DNA of 64,000 nt, taken from assembly GCA_035650735.1 (NCBI GenBank), contig DASRGZ010000173.1:1-64000 (forward strand), in the 5' to 3' direction. Positions within the stretch are counted from its first letter, which is position 1. Each line of letters starts with the position of its first letter. A model generated the notes under the pieces. The model saw only the letters and a list, made by a program, of their open reading frames with translations. It was not told where the DNA came from and ran no database searches. The position numbers and the translations under genes are program-made. Below are positions 28,342-38,805 of the stretch, piece after piece. The stretch is from Chthonomonadaceae bacterium (GTDB lineage Bacteria > Armatimonadota > Chthonomonadetes > Chthonomonadales > Chthonomonadaceae).

Positions 28342-30768
28342 ATGTTCTCTTTCCGCATGTTGATCATGGGCCTCTTCGTTGTCCTGGGGCCGTTAGCGGC
28401 GCAGGGCGCGCCTCTCCGAGACGCAGGGAGGCTGCTTCTGGTCAAGCAGGGCCGTCCTGCCGCCGCCATCGTCCTTGCCGCTGCGCCGACCGAGAACGCC
28501 CGGATCGCAGCCGGCGAACTCCAGCATTATCTAGAGAAGATGACCGGTGCGCGCCTGCCCATCCTGGCGGATAATCAAGCTCCGTCCGGGCCGCTGGTCC
28601 TGGTCGGGCGCAGCCGCCTTACCGACGCCATTTCCCAACTCCAAATCCCCAACGGGCGTACCAAGGATCTGAAGGAAGAAGGCTTCCTCCTGCGAACGGT
28701 GGGGGAGCGGCTGGTGTTGGCAGGCAACGACACCGAGCCCTATCTGGGGACGCGGTACGCCGTGATCGCGCTGCTGCACCGCCTGGGTGTGCGGTGGTTC
28801 CTGCCTGGAGAGTTCGGAGAGGTCGTTCCAAAGCGGGGTACCGTGGCCGTCGGGCCTGTCAGCGTTATCGAGCGCCCGAGCTTCCCCTTCCGCACCTTCT
28901 GGGAGCATGGCCGGGGCACGATGAACCAGGAGCGGGAAGAGTGGCAGGTCCATAACCTGATGAACCCACGCATGGCGTCCTGGGTCGGCGTGCCCGGCGA
29001 TGGCTCGCTCTTCAACTTCTTGCCGCACGAAGAGTTCAAAGCGCACCCGGACTGGTTCGCCCTGCGCCGAGATGGCAGCCGCGACGACCACATGGTCTGC
29101 ATGACCAGCCCCGGCATGATCGCCTGGTTCATCGAGCGGCTGAAGCAGGAGGCGAAAGCCGGAAAGCGCTTCGTGGCGTTTGCGCCGGAGGACGGCGCGC
29201 CGCGCTGCTACTGCGAGCGGTGTATGAGACTCGCCTCCGCCTTCGACGGCTACGGCTCCAACGACCGCGACCCCTGGCCGGAGTCCTCTACCAGCCAGGA
29301 GTGGTTCTACTTTATCAACAAGGTGCTGGACGGGGTGAACCAGAAGTATCCGGACTTTCGTATCGCCACCAACGGCTACTCCAACCGGGAACTCGCGCCG
29401 AACCTGCCGGGATTCAATGCCCACAGGAACCTGGTGATCATGTTCGCCAACATCTGCGCCTGCACGCTCCACGCCTACGACGACCCGCACTGCTGGCAGA
29501 TGCGCCGTCAGGGCCAGATGATCCGTCAGTGGACGCGCCTATGCGACAAGACCTGGATATACAACTACAATTACACCATGCTCGTCAACAAGGGCACGCT
29601 CACACCGATGGTCCATCGGGTGCGGCGCAATCTGCCGCTGCTGAAGCAGTGGGGCGTTTACGGCTTCGACGATCAGGACGAGTGTGACTGGTCCATGAGC
29701 GGCCTGGCTACGCGGCTGGTGCGGGCGCGGCTGGAGTGGGACGTCCATGCGGATGTAGAGGCGATACTAACGGACTTCTACGCCCGCTGGTTCGGCCAGG
29801 CGGCCCGGCCGATGCGCGCCTACTACGACGCGCTGGAGCGCGCCTTTGAGGAGACCGAGGCGCACGGGCATGAGGATGTCGTCCTGCCCCACATCTACAC
29901 GCCGCGCCTGATGGCGTCCTTGAGGGCGCGGATGCATGAGGCGGAACTGGCTGCGCGCACCAACACCGAGAAACTTCACGTGCGGCTGGAGCGGCTGATC
30001 TACGACCACCTGCGAGAGTACGTGGCGCTGGAGCAGGCCAAACAAGCGTGCCGATATCGGGAAGCCGTCGCCCATACTAAGCGCATGATGGCGCTCAAAG
30101 ACGAGATGAACAAGATCACTCCGTTCATGGGCTGGCATCCCTACCCGGTCTACTATACGGACTGGGAGCAGGAGCGCATGGAGGGTCTGCTGGCGCGAAC
30201 GGAGGGGCCGCAGGGCGCGCTCGTGGCCGTCTTGCCGGCGGAGGCGCGCTTCCGGCTGGACCCGGAGGACGACGGACGGTACGCGGGCTGGCAGGCCCCG
30301 GACCTGGACGACTCCAAATGGGCGACAATTCGCACCACCACCGGCTGGGAGCAGCAGGGCTTTCAAGACCAGGAAGGCCATCCACGCCGGGGAGTCGCAT
30401 GGTACCGGCTGAATGTGGAGGTTCCGGCCTCTACGAAGGGCAAGAGGGTCCGGCTCTGCGGCCCGGCGGCGGTCAGCGAGGTCTGGGTCTGGGTCAACGG
30501 GCGCTATATCGGCCACCGGCCCTATATGATCCCCTGGACGCGCCCGCAGGCGTTCGACTTTGAGGTCACCCCGGCCCTGCGGCCCGGCGCGCGCAACCAG
30601 ATCACGATCCGCGTACTTTCCAACTTCGAGGTCTTCGGCGCCAGCGGCCTCTACGAGCGCATGTTCCTCTACGCGGCCCCTCCGGCCCCGTCGGTATCGT
30701 CCAGGATGCAGGCATTATTTGCCGTATTGGGGACGATCCCCGTGACGCGCCTTCTGGGGAAGTGGTGA
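28342..30768 (+). CDS. Exported DUF4838-type glycoside-hydrolase-like protein with a C-terminal galactose-binding-like domain
   Basis: Signal peptide; AAGELQHYLEKMTGA, LGVRWFLPG, HPDWFAL, C-x-C-x2-C; GVAWYR...VWVNGRYIG. Confidence 0.75.
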   Translation: MFSFRMLIMGLFVVLGPLAAQGAPLRDAGRLLLVKQGRPAAAIVLAAAPTENARIAAGELQHYLEKMTGARLPILADNQAPSGPLVLVGRSRLTDAISQLQIPNGRTKDLKEEGFLLRTVGERLVLAGNDTEPYLGTRYAVIALLHRLGVRWFLPGEFGEVVPKRGTVAVGPVSVIERPSFPFRTFWEHGRGTMNQEREEWQVHNLMNPRMASWVGVPGDGSLFNFLPHEEFKAHPDWFALRRDGSRDDHMVCMTSPGMIAWFIERLKQEAKAGKRFVAFAPEDGAPRCYCERCMRLASAFDGYGSNDRDPWPESSTSQEWFYFINKVLDGVNQKYPDFRIATNGYSNRELAPNLPGFNAHRNLVIMFANICACTLHAYDDPHCWQMRRQGQMIRQWTRLCDKTWIYNYNYTMLVNKGTLTPMVHRVRRNLPLLKQWGVYGFDDQDECDWSMSGLATRLVRARLEWDVHADVEAILTDFYARWFGQAARPMRAYYDALERAFEETEAHGHEDVVLPHIYTPRLMASLRARMHEAELAARTNTEKLHVRLERLIYDHLREYVALEQAKQACRYREAVAHTKRMMALKDEMNKITPFMGWHPYPVYYTDWEQERMEGLLARTEGPQGALVAVLPAEARFRLDPEDDGRYAGWQAPDLDDSKWATIRTTTGWEQQGFQDQEGHPRRGVAWYRLNVEVPASTKGKRVRLCGPAAVSEVWVWVNGRYIGHRPYMIPWTRPQAFDFEVTPALRPGARNQITIRVLSNFEVFGASGLYERMFLYAAPPAPSVSSRMQALFAVLGTIPVTRLLGKW

Positions 30769-31692
30769 CTTGCCCGCACGGACCTGTTTGTAGGCGCTGC
30801 GGTGGCGGTCATGGTAAGTCGCCGTCGTCTCGAAGCCGAACTCCTCCTGAAGCTGGGCGCAGGTGAGGGCCGGGTCTCTTGGTTCCACCACGAAGTGGGC
30901 GCTGCCGGGGTCCCACTGCCTGATCTCCACACGGTCGCCATACTTGGCCCGGATGCGATCCGGGATGCCCATGTTCCAGTCCCAGTGGGCGACCGCGTAA
31001 TCCAGGTTCATGTCGCGGGCGATCACGGGAGCCGAGTCGCTGGTTTCGGCCAGGACCTCTCCACAGGGGTCTATGATGCGCGAGCGGCCGGTGCGCGTGG
31101 AGGACATGACGTAGTAGTGGTGCTGGTAAGCGTAGACCCGCAAGGGGAACCCGCCGTCATACGCCGAGGGCCAGAGCACCAGCCGCGCGCCCTGGTCGGC
31201 GAGCGCCTGCCAGTTCTCCGGAAAGCCGATATCGAAGCAGATCTGGATGCCGATGCGGCCAAAGTCCAGGTCCAGGATTGGCAGCGAGTCGCCGGGGGTG
31301 ATGCCCTGCTCCAGCACTGTGTAGTCGGCAGAACTGGTGACGGGGCAGACCTTGTGGTAGATGCCCGCCACCTCGCCGTTGCGGTCGAGGACGACGGCGG
31401 AGTTATACACGCGGCCATCCTCAAGGGTGTGGATGGGACAGACGATGTAACATCCCGCCTGGCGCGCCTTGCGGGCACAGGCGGTGATGGTCGGCCCGGA
31501 GAGGGGTTCCGCCGTCTCCTGCAGCGGCTTCCGGACGCCCACGTCGTGAAAGGCTTCCGGGAGACAGACAAGGTCCGGTTTCTCTCGAAGGGCCATATCC
31601 ACCAGCCCCAGGATATACTCCAGGTTCTCCTCCACGGTGGGCTTGAACTGTCCACCCTGGCATACCGTAGCGATTCGCGCCTTCGTTCCCAT
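30715..31692 (-). CDS. Carbon-nitrogen hydrolase (nitrilase/amidase family)
   Basis: LPE, YHK, ICFD catalytic triad. Confidence 0.88.
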   Translation of the reverse strand: MGTKARIATVCQGGQFKPTVEENLEYILGLVDMALREKPDLVCLPEAFHDVGVRKPLQETAEPLSGPTITACARKARQAGCYIVCPIHTLEDGRVYNSAVVLDRNGEVAGIYHKVCPVTSSADYTVLEQGITPGDSLPILDLDFGRIGIQICFDIGFPENWQALADQGARLVLWPSAYDGGFPLRVYAYQHHYYVMSSTRTGRSRIIDPCGEVLAETSDSAPVIARDMNLDYAVAHWDWNMGIPDRIRAKYGDRVEIRQWDPGSAHFVVEPRDPALTCAQLQEEFGFETTATYHDRHRSAYKQVRAGKSPLPQKARHGDRPQYGK

Positions 31693-31861
31693 TCTCTCCC
31701 TCCTTCGTTTCTCCTCGCTTAATCAGCCTAGTGGCCGCTTCGTTCACACAGTTACTCATCGGGAAGGCGTAACCTTATGACACCGTTTCAATCGACGGTA
31801 GTGTCCCTCTACAGAGTTGATAAGGTCATTGGCGACGAAGTATCAACTCTCTATGGGTACA

Positions 31862-32962
31862 CTACCCAATCGACAACGGCAGGGAAACCGGTTCGCCTGT
31901 CTTGAGCGAGCGGTGCGCCGCCTCGCTCAGTTCCAGCGCCCGGTATCCGTCCCAGCCGGTAACGAGCGGCGGTTCCGCGCCGCGAATGGATTGCAGAAAG
32001 TTCTCGATCTGTCCCATGAAACCGCCAAACTCCTCGTCGAACAGCAGTGTGTTCGGCACGACGGGACGCCAGGATTTCGTCGGCCCTTCTTCGCTGTCGT
32101 AGAGCAGAAGCTCGTATTGGTCCTCGACGGCAAGCCACGCCTTGTCGGCATAGATCTCCACGCGCTCCCAGGGCTTGAGGCTCAGGGCCGTCGAGCTCGT
32201 CAGCAGCGTGCCGACGGCTCCCGAAGCGAAGCGGCAGGTGATAATCGCGTTGTCCACAGGATAGGCGTTCCGGTTACGGTGGTAACGGTTTTGTCCGATG
32301 GCGGTTACGGTCTGGACATCGCCCATGAAGTAGCGTGTCAGGTCGAAAAGATGAATGGTTCCCGCCTCGAACAGATCCACATAGTCATAGCCCAGGTTGA
32401 ACTTGCCGCAGAACATGGCCGGATCGCGTACCGGTCCTTCAGTCACGAAGCGCTTGGCGCGACGGTACGGTGGGCTATAGCGCTTGTTGGAGACGGTCAT
32501 CAGCAGCACGCCGCGCTCGTCCGCCAGGCGGCATAACTGCGCCGCATCGGCCAGCGAACGGGAGATCGGCTTTTCGACCAGAACGGGCAGTCCCTTCTGG
32601 ATACAAGCGAGGCTGTGCTCGACGTGCAGCTCATCCGGTCCGCAGACCAGCACGCCGTCCAGCGCTTCGTTTTCCAGCATCTCTGCGTGGTTTTCATACC
32701 AGCGGCAGCCGTACATCTGCTGGATTTTCTGTCCCCACTCCTCGCCTTTACGCACGACCGCGACCAGCTCGACCGGCTCCCAGATCGTTTTCAGACGCAG
32801 GAGCGCGGGAATGTGTTTAGAGAGGGCCACCCCGCCCGTGCCGATGATACCAAGCCGCAGCGGCTTGCGGGAGGCCCGCTCCTCATCATAGCCGACTCCA
32901 TAGACGTCGCCCTGGTCGAACATCTTCCTGGGAGGCGTGTGCCCATAGGTATCGTCCAGCAT
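31862..32962 (-). CDS. Gfo/Idh/MocA oxidoreductase
   Basis: GIIGTGG, VLVEKP, IHLFD. Confidence 0.88.
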   Translation of the reverse strand: MLDDTYGHTPPRKMFDQGDVYGVGYDEERASRKPLRLGIIGTGGVALSKHIPALLRLKTIWEPVELVAVVRKGEEWGQKIQQMYGCRWYENHAEMLENEALDGVLVCGPDELHVEHSLACIQKGLPVLVEKPISRSLADAAQLCRLADERGVLLMTVSNKRYSPPYRRAKRFVTEGPVRDPAMFCGKFNLGYDYVDLFEAGTIHLFDLTRYFMGDVQTVTAIGQNRYHRNRNAYPVDNAIITCRFASGAVGTLLTSSTALSLKPWERVEIYADKAWLAVEDQYELLLYDSEEGPTKSWRPVVPNTLLFDEEFGGFMGQIENFLQSIRGAEPPLVTGWDGYRALELSEAAHRSLKTGEPVSLPLSIG

Positions 32963-32984
32963 CGTGACCATCTCCCCGAAAGAG

Positions 32985-33653
32985 CTATCCAAGAATGCCC
33001 ACGATGGAGCAAGGCCCGCTGTCCATGCCCTGCACGATCCAGGGATTCATCCGCACTTCGCGCAGCCGGCTCAGGTCCTGCTCCAGATTCATGTCCTCGA
33101 TAATCAAAAACCGCCGTCCCTCCCCGCCGAGCAGTTCGTTATGACACGCCATCGTCTCCTCCAGGTAGGGGATACAGGCTACCGAGGGCACATCCATGCC
33201 GATGGCCCGGAGGGTAGGGCAGCGTTCCCGCAGCCAGCGTCCCCCCGGCACGCCGAAACCGGGGCAGCGCGTGCTGTACCGCTCCGGCTCGTTCCGCCGG
33301 ACGGGACCATAGCCAAAACGAAATAGGACAAGGTCCGCGCTATCCAGCTTAGCCGTGTGCGGTTCCAGATGTTCCGGTCCCACTACAACGGCATCCGGAA
33401 GCGACAGATCGATCACGCTTGGGCGGGTGAAGATAAACTCCTCCGGCGCGAAATCGGTCAACTGCAAGCCCGTATCAATCACGTGGCGGGGCGCGTCCAC
33501 GTGCGTTCCGGTGTGGCTGGCGACGCGCAGAATCTGCACGTTCGCGCCGTCGGCGGCGACCGTGTAGAGGGGCGTCAGTTCGGGCGCGGGAATGGCGGGA
33601 GGGCGCGGGTCCTGGACGTTGAGGGGATAGGACAGCCAGATCATCTGTGTCAT
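32985..33653 (-). CDS. Cyclase (kynurenine formamidase-like) family metal hydrolase
   Basis: HTGTHVDAP, IGMD, H..LL, IIEDM. Confidence 0.85.
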   Translation of the reverse strand: MTQMIWLSYPLNVQDPRPPAIPAPELTPLYTVAADGANVQILRVASHTGTHVDAPRHVIDTGLQLTDFAPEEFIFTRPSVIDLSLPDAVVVGPEHLEPHTAKLDSADLVLFRFGYGPVRRNEPERYSTRCPGFGVPGGRWLRERCPTLRAIGMDVPSVACIPYLEETMACHNELLGGEGRRFLIIEDMNLEQDLSRLREVRMNPWIVQGMDSGPCSIVGILG

Positions 33654-33658
33654 GGCGC

Positions 33659-34819
33659 TCACCTCGTTTCGTTCTGCGTGAAGTCTTGCAGCCAGCGCCC
33701 GTCCCAGAGGGACGGAAAGCTGTTCTTGACGTAGGGATGGGCCGCACAGACGGCGGTATCGAGCTCGATGCCCAGTCCAGGCTTCTCCGGCAGCAGGAAC
33801 TCGCCGTTTAGCACCGGGTTCCAGCCGCGCACCAGCGCATCGCGCCAGGGCACGTCGAACTCGGCGAAGTTCTCCTGAATGCGCGCGTTGGGCGTAGACC
33901 AGTCCACATGGAGGGCCGCACAAAGCGCGACCGGGCCGATGGAGACATGCGGCGAAATCTGCATGTCCTGCGCCTCGGCCAGCGCCGCGATCTTCTTGGT
34001 CATCCGCAGGCCGCCGCAGTGCGAGGGGTCCATCTGCACGACATCGGCGGCGCGCAAGGCTGTCAACTGCTGGAACTCGTGCAGCATATAGAGCCGCTCG
34101 CCCGCCGCGATGGGAAACGGCAGGGCCTCCTTGACCTCTTTGAGCAGCGGCAGGCTGTGCGGCGTGACGGGTTCTTCATACCAGGCAGGCCGATAGGGGG
34201 CCAGACGCCGCCCCATCTCAATCGCGCAGGCCACGGAGAGCCGCCCATGCGCTTCGATCATGAGGTCTACGCGCTCCCCGACCGCTTCCCGCACGGCGCT
34301 TACAATCGCCTCGACCTCCTGCATCTCGGCCTCGCTCATCTCTTTCCAGGCTGTGCCGAAGGGATCGAACTTGAGCGCCGTATAGCCGCGTTTCACGGCA
34401 GTGGAAGCGTATTCGGCGTACTGCATCGGGGTTTTTGCGCCGCCGTACCAGCCATTGGCATAGGAGCGAAGGCGCTCATGGCAGCGTCCACCGAGCAGCT
34501 TATAGACGGGCTGGCCGCATTCCTTCCCTAGGATGTCCCACAGCGCGACTTCAACGCCGCTGATGGCGGTCATGATGGTCGCGCCGCCCTGGTACTGGTC
34601 GCGGATCATGCCGCCGATGACCGCCTCAATGTCGAAGGGATCGGCGCCAAGTATGCGATCTTCCACCCACTCGTGAATCAGGGTTTCGACGGTCTTCTCC
34701 TGCCACTCCAGCGAGGCTTCCCCGATGCCGGTCAGTCCGGTATCAGTCGTCAGGCGGACAAAGAGGTAGTTGCGCAAGCCTGCATTGGTCAGAAAGGTTT
34801 CCAGCTTGGTAATCTTCAT
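33659..34819 (-). CDS. Mandelate racemase/enolase superfamily acid-sugar dehydratase (DgoD-like)
   Basis: SGVEVALWDILGK, YANGWY, KFDPFG, EAHGR, EEP, GER. Confidence 0.88.
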   Translation of the reverse strand: MKITKLETFLTNAGLRNYLFVRLTTDTGLTGIGEASLEWQEKTVETLIHEWVEDRILGADPFDIEAVIGGMIRDQYQGGATIMTAISGVEVALWDILGKECGQPVYKLLGGRCHERLRSYANGWYGGAKTPMQYAEYASTAVKRGYTALKFDPFGTAWKEMSEAEMQEVEAIVSAVREAVGERVDLMIEAHGRLSVACAIEMGRRLAPYRPAWYEEPVTPHSLPLLKEVKEALPFPIAAGERLYMLHEFQQLTALRAADVVQMDPSHCGGLRMTKKIAALAEAQDMQISPHVSIGPVALCAALHVDWSTPNARIQENFAEFDVPWRDALVRGWNPVLNGEFLLPEKPGLGIELDTAVCAAHPYVKNSFPSLWDGRWLQDFTQNETR

Positions 34820-34846
34820 CGTTCGCCTTCCACTTCTTCATTGCCC

Positions 34847-35848
34847 CTATTCCAGCAACTCCCACGCTGCCGCCGCAATGTCTTCGGCCTGCATGTGATA
34901 CCGCTCGGCCAGGTAGGGAAGGGAACCGCTCTCGCAGAAACAGTCGGGAATGCCTATTCGCTTGAGACGGATGGGCACGCTCGCGTCGGTCACTGCGTCG
35001 GCGACAGCGCTGGCAAGCCCCCCGGTGATGACGTGGTTTTCCGCCGTGACGACCTTCGGCACGCGGCCCACCAGCGACAGGACAGCCTCGCGGTCGAATG
35101 GCTTGAGCGTGCTGACGTGCAGCACGGATGCCTGAATACCCTGCATTTCCAGAAGGGCCGCTGCCTCCAATGCCCGCCCGGTCATCAGGCCGGTGCTGAT
35201 GAGGGCGACATCCGCACCCTCGCGCAGCCGTTTTGCCCTGCCAAGCTCAAACTGATAGCGCGCCGGGTCCAGCACGACCGGAACCTGCCCGCGCAGCAGC
35301 CGCATGTAGACCGGTCCGTCGTAGTCGGCAATGGCAGCGACGGCTTGCGCAATCTCGGTCGCGTCGCAGGGGTCCAGCACGACAAGGTTAGGAATAGAGC
35401 GCATGAGAGCCAGGTCTTCGATGCCCTGGTGCGTGCCGCCGTAGCCGGTTGTCAGGCCGGGCAGTCCCGCGATGATCTTGACATTGGCCTTGCCGAGCGC
35501 CGCGCCGATGGCGATGAAATCATAGGCACGGCGCGCGGCGAACACGCAGTAGGTTGTGGCGAAGGGAATAAAGCCGGTACGGGCCAGTCCTGCCGCCACG
35601 CCGATCAGGTTCTGTTCCGCCATGCCGATTTGGAAGAAGCGCTCCGGGAAACGCTCGGCAAAGACGTGTATATCGGTGTACTTGCCCAGATCTGCCGTCA
35701 GGCCGACGATACGCGGATTTCGCTCCGCCGCCGCGACGAGCGCGTGGCCGAAGGGCGCGGCTGTCACGGCGCTGGCTCTGGTCGTATCGGAGGAGAGGAG
35801 AGTTCCGGTTACGCCTTTGGGCGGACTGGTCTGCCGGCATGTCGTCAT
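34847..35848 (-). CDS. Split transketolase, C-terminal (pyrimidine-binding) subunit
   Basis: GMAEQN, GGTHQGIED, AENH. Confidence 0.9.
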   Translation of the reverse strand: MTTCRQTSPPKGVTGTLLSSDTTRASAVTAAPFGHALVAAAERNPRIVGLTADLGKYTDIHVFAERFPERFFQIGMAEQNLIGVAAGLARTGFIPFATTYCVFAARRAYDFIAIGAALGKANVKIIAGLPGLTTGYGGTHQGIEDLALMRSIPNLVVLDPCDATEIAQAVAAIADYDGPVYMRLLRGQVPVVLDPARYQFELGRAKRLREGADVALISTGLMTGRALEAAALLEMQGIQASVLHVSTLKPFDREAVLSLVGRVPKVVTAENHVITGGLASAVADAVTDASVPIRLKRIGIPDCFCESGSLPYLAERYHMQAEDIAAAAWELLE

Positions 35849-35855
35849 CGTCGTC

Positions 35856-36695
35856 TCACTCTCCCGCTTCCAGTTGCGCCCGCGCGATGGCCCACTCCCC
35901 GGCGTCCACGCGAATAAAGTGATTCTTCTCACGCTGCTCGAAGAGCGGTACACCTTTGCCCATCACGGTGTCCAGCACAATCGCGTGGGGACGGCCTTTC
36001 GCGGCCTTCGCGGTGTCTATCGCCGCCAGAATCGCCGTGATGTCGTTGCCATTGATGCGCTGAGCTTGCCAGCCGAACGCTTTCCACTTCGCCTGCACCG
36101 GCTCGATGCCCATGATCTGCTGTGGGGGGCCATCCGCCTGCTGGCTGTTGCAGTCTATGAAACAGAACAGGTTGTCCAGCCTATAGTGCGCTCCCGCCAT
36201 CGCCGCCTCCCAGGTCGCGCCTTCTTGAAGCTCGCCATCGGAGAGCAGGTTGAAGATGCGTGCCTGCCGTCCATCCAGGCGCAGGCCCAGCGCCATACCG
36301 ACCGCCTGCGACAGCCCATGACCGAGGGAACCGCCGGTGATCTCGAACCCTGGCGTGGCTTCGCTGCCCGACATCTCCAGACGCGAGCCATCCTTGCCAT
36401 AGGTATCCAGTTCGTCGAGCGGGAACACGCCCGCCTCTGCCAGCGCGGCATAGAGGCCGATGGAGTAGTGGCCGATGGAGAGGACGAAACGGTCGCGGTC
36501 GGGCCAGTCCAGGCGGTTAGGGTCATAGCGCATCTCGTGGAAATAGAGGACGGCCAGCAGGTCGGCGATGTCCAGCCCTTGCCCCACATAGCCCTGCCCG
36601 GCCACTTCCGCCATGCGCAGCACATGCCGCCGCAGGTTCTTGGCGCGGGCCTTCAGCGCCGCCACCGGCATCACGTCCAGACGTTCTTCAACCAT
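35856..36695 (-). CDS. Split transketolase, N-terminal (TPP-binding) subunit
   Basis: RDRFVLSIGH, GGSLGHGL, SDGELQEG..WEA; GQGY replaces the usual GH. Confidence 0.9.
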   Translation of the reverse strand: MVEERLDVMPVAALKARAKNLRRHVLRMAEVAGQGYVGQGLDIADLLAVLYFHEMRYDPNRLDWPDRDRFVLSIGHYSIGLYAALAEAGVFPLDELDTYGKDGSRLEMSGSEATPGFEITGGSLGHGLSQAVGMALGLRLDGRQARIFNLLSDGELQEGATWEAAMAGAHYRLDNLFCFIDCNSQQADGPPQQIMGIEPVQAKWKAFGWQAQRINGNDITAILAAIDTAKAAKGRPHAIVLDTVMGKGVPLFEQREKNHFIRVDAGEWAIARAQLEAGE

Positions 36696-36807
36696 GCTCC
36701 TCTGCAAGCCTCCTCGCCACGTACGGAAGTTTCAAGGCAGACGTTATGCCCTTGCGGGGCGCTATCCGGGATCAAATCAGGCCGCGATGGACGATAGCAC
36801 CGCCTGC

Positions 36808-38778
36808 CTATCTTTTCGCCGTGACGTGCCAATATCCCTTGATGTGGTTGTGCGCCAATGCCGGGGTGAGCGACCGTAACGCATAGTCCTGATACATGGG
36901 AATAGCGGCAAGGTCGGCTTTGAACCGAGCCAGAGTGTCTGCGAAGGTCTTCTCGTCCTCAGCTTGGGCCAGTTGGAGGTAATAGCGCTGCGCTTTGATA
37001 TATCCCTTGAGCCAGTCACGGTCGCCAACGAAATGCGGACTCCTCTCCAACTGCGCCGAGGCATCCTCCGCGTGTCTCACCGCGTTTTCCATGTCGTCGA
37101 AGCGCGTTGCGCGGACAAGATCCTCCATCGCCGTCAGCAGGTCTAAGAACGGCTTTCGCGCGTCGCCCTTTGCGAGCGTGGAGGCCAGACGCTGCGCGGT
37201 GCTCTCCCAGACGGCGCCGTCCTCGTAGAGCGTATCCGCGAAGGCGAACACGCCGGGGTAATTGGTGGCGGCGTACTGAATGAAGAGCACTCCTTCCTCA
37301 AGGCCGCGATCTCTTGCCTTGCCCATCTGTTCAGAGAGATACTGGAGCTTGAACGGGGCGAACGGGTAGGCTTGCTCGCTGGCCATGCCGAGAACGGTAT
37401 ACATGAAGGCGTTCCGCTGGAACTCCTCCGGCTTGACGAAACCGTTGTAGATATTCGTATTATCCGCCTCGCAGCTATCCATGATGGTCAGCCCACGCGG
37501 GCCGAATTGCGCCAGGCACTTTGAGAGGAAGTCTCCGACGAAAGCCTTCACATCGTCCGGCGTGTATCCCTTGCCGGGGAAACCGATGTCTTTCGTGTGA
37601 GACGGGAAATCCCAGGTGGGCCACAGCACAGCCTCGAATTTTGCGTTGGGGCTGATGGTCTTGGCTAGGTTGACGACGGTCATCAACTGATCGAATAAGC
37701 GGTCGGCCTGGTGCGCGGCGCAGTCCGGGCAGAAGCACCCTCCCGGATCGTAGAACCAGACAATGTAGCCATCCACGGGGCCGTAGTACTCCATCTCGGT
37801 CTGCGCCATCTTGCGCGCCAACTCGCGCGCTTCCGGCTGGCTCCAGCAGACCGAAGTCCGGCCATAGTAGCCCGTCGCCACGAACTTCGGATCGTTGGGC
37901 AGCAACTCCACATTGGCGTGGGCCGGGGTGAGCTGATGGTATACCTCCAGCCCACGACGCCTCGCGCGGTCGAACACCTTGCGCATCGCCTGGTGGATTC
38001 TCTGGTTATCGGCTCTCCGGTCCTCGGCGTTGCCCGGATAGAGGTAGAGCGTGCTCCACTGCCAGAAGGAGATACGGGAGTAGCGCGCGTCCACCAGGCG
38101 ATCCACGTAGTCCGCTAACTGCTCGTCGCTGAAGTATTCCAGAGACAGCCCCGGATTGCAGTTGTGGCTATTCATCAGATAGAGGGTGCGATTCGGCATT
38201 CGAGGGCTGGCGAGGATCGGCTGCATGGGCAGCGCGAATCCCCACTGCCCGTTGCGAATGTCGAGGCGGCGCAGGAGCTCACCCAGGGCATAGCTCATTC
38301 CGAGATAGGCCCGCGCCGTGCGCTTCGGACCAAAGCCGGCAGCCAGGAGGATCGGGCGCGTTGCATCGTTGGGCGCAGGGACGTCCACGACGTAAGACTG
38401 GTTGGCTACGTCCTCCGTTTCCCCGCTTCGGGGCAGGCGGTATCCGCCTTTGACGAAATAGCTCTCCAGGGTGGCCCGGTTGCCGACGACGATGCTAGCA
38501 TGATCGCCTGCCGAAACGCCGCACATCGTCGGGAGCGACCTGCCGGTTATCCGCTGGAATTCCCGGTTAAAGTGGCCGATGGCGAGGTTTTCGGCCTCGG
38601 TCGGCGAGGAATCGCCGATAACAACCATATCCTGAACAGGGATAAAACGCTCGCTCATGCCTTGTCCTCTTCTCCGATACGCATTCGGGTCGGGCTGAGC
38701 CGCTGCCGGCACGGCGGCGATCAACGCTGAGTGTAGCGCCATCGCTGCCAGGATAAGGACGATCCTGTTAGAAGCCAT
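36808..38778 (-). CDS. Exported hypothetical glycoside-hydrolase-like protein
   Basis: Signal peptide AAA; GH20/GH67-like N-domain; YDPGGCFCPDC. Confidence 0.65.
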   Translation of the reverse strand: MASNRIVLILAAMALHSALIAAVPAAAQPDPNAYRRRGQGMSERFIPVQDMVVIGDSSPTEAENLAIGHFNREFQRITGRSLPTMCGVSAGDHASIVVGNRATLESYFVKGGYRLPRSGETEDVANQSYVVDVPAPNDATRPILLAAGFGPKRTARAYLGMSYALGELLRRLDIRNGQWGFALPMQPILASPRMPNRTLYLMNSHNCNPGLSLEYFSDEQLADYVDRLVDARYSRISFWQWSTLYLYPGNAEDRRADNQRIHQAMRKVFDRARRRGLEVYHQLTPAHANVELLPNDPKFVATGYYGRTSVCWSQPEARELARKMAQTEMEYYGPVDGYIVWFYDPGGCFCPDCAAHQADRLFDQLMTVVNLAKTISPNAKFEAVLWPTWDFPSHTKDIGFPGKGYTPDDVKAFVGDFLSKCLAQFGPRGLTIMDSCEADNTNIYNGFVKPEEFQRNAFMYTVLGMASEQAYPFAPFKLQYLSEQMGKARDRGLEEGVLFIQYAATNYPGVFAFADTLYEDGAVWESTAQRLASTLAKGDARKPFLDLLTAMEDLVRATRFDDMENAVRHAEDASAQLERSPHFVGDRDWLKGYIKAQRYYLQLAQAEDEKTFADTLARFKADLAAIPMYQDYALRSLTPALAHNHIKGYWHVTAKR

Positions 38779-38805
38779 GCATTCTCCCCTTTCCCTCAGC
38801 GGGGC

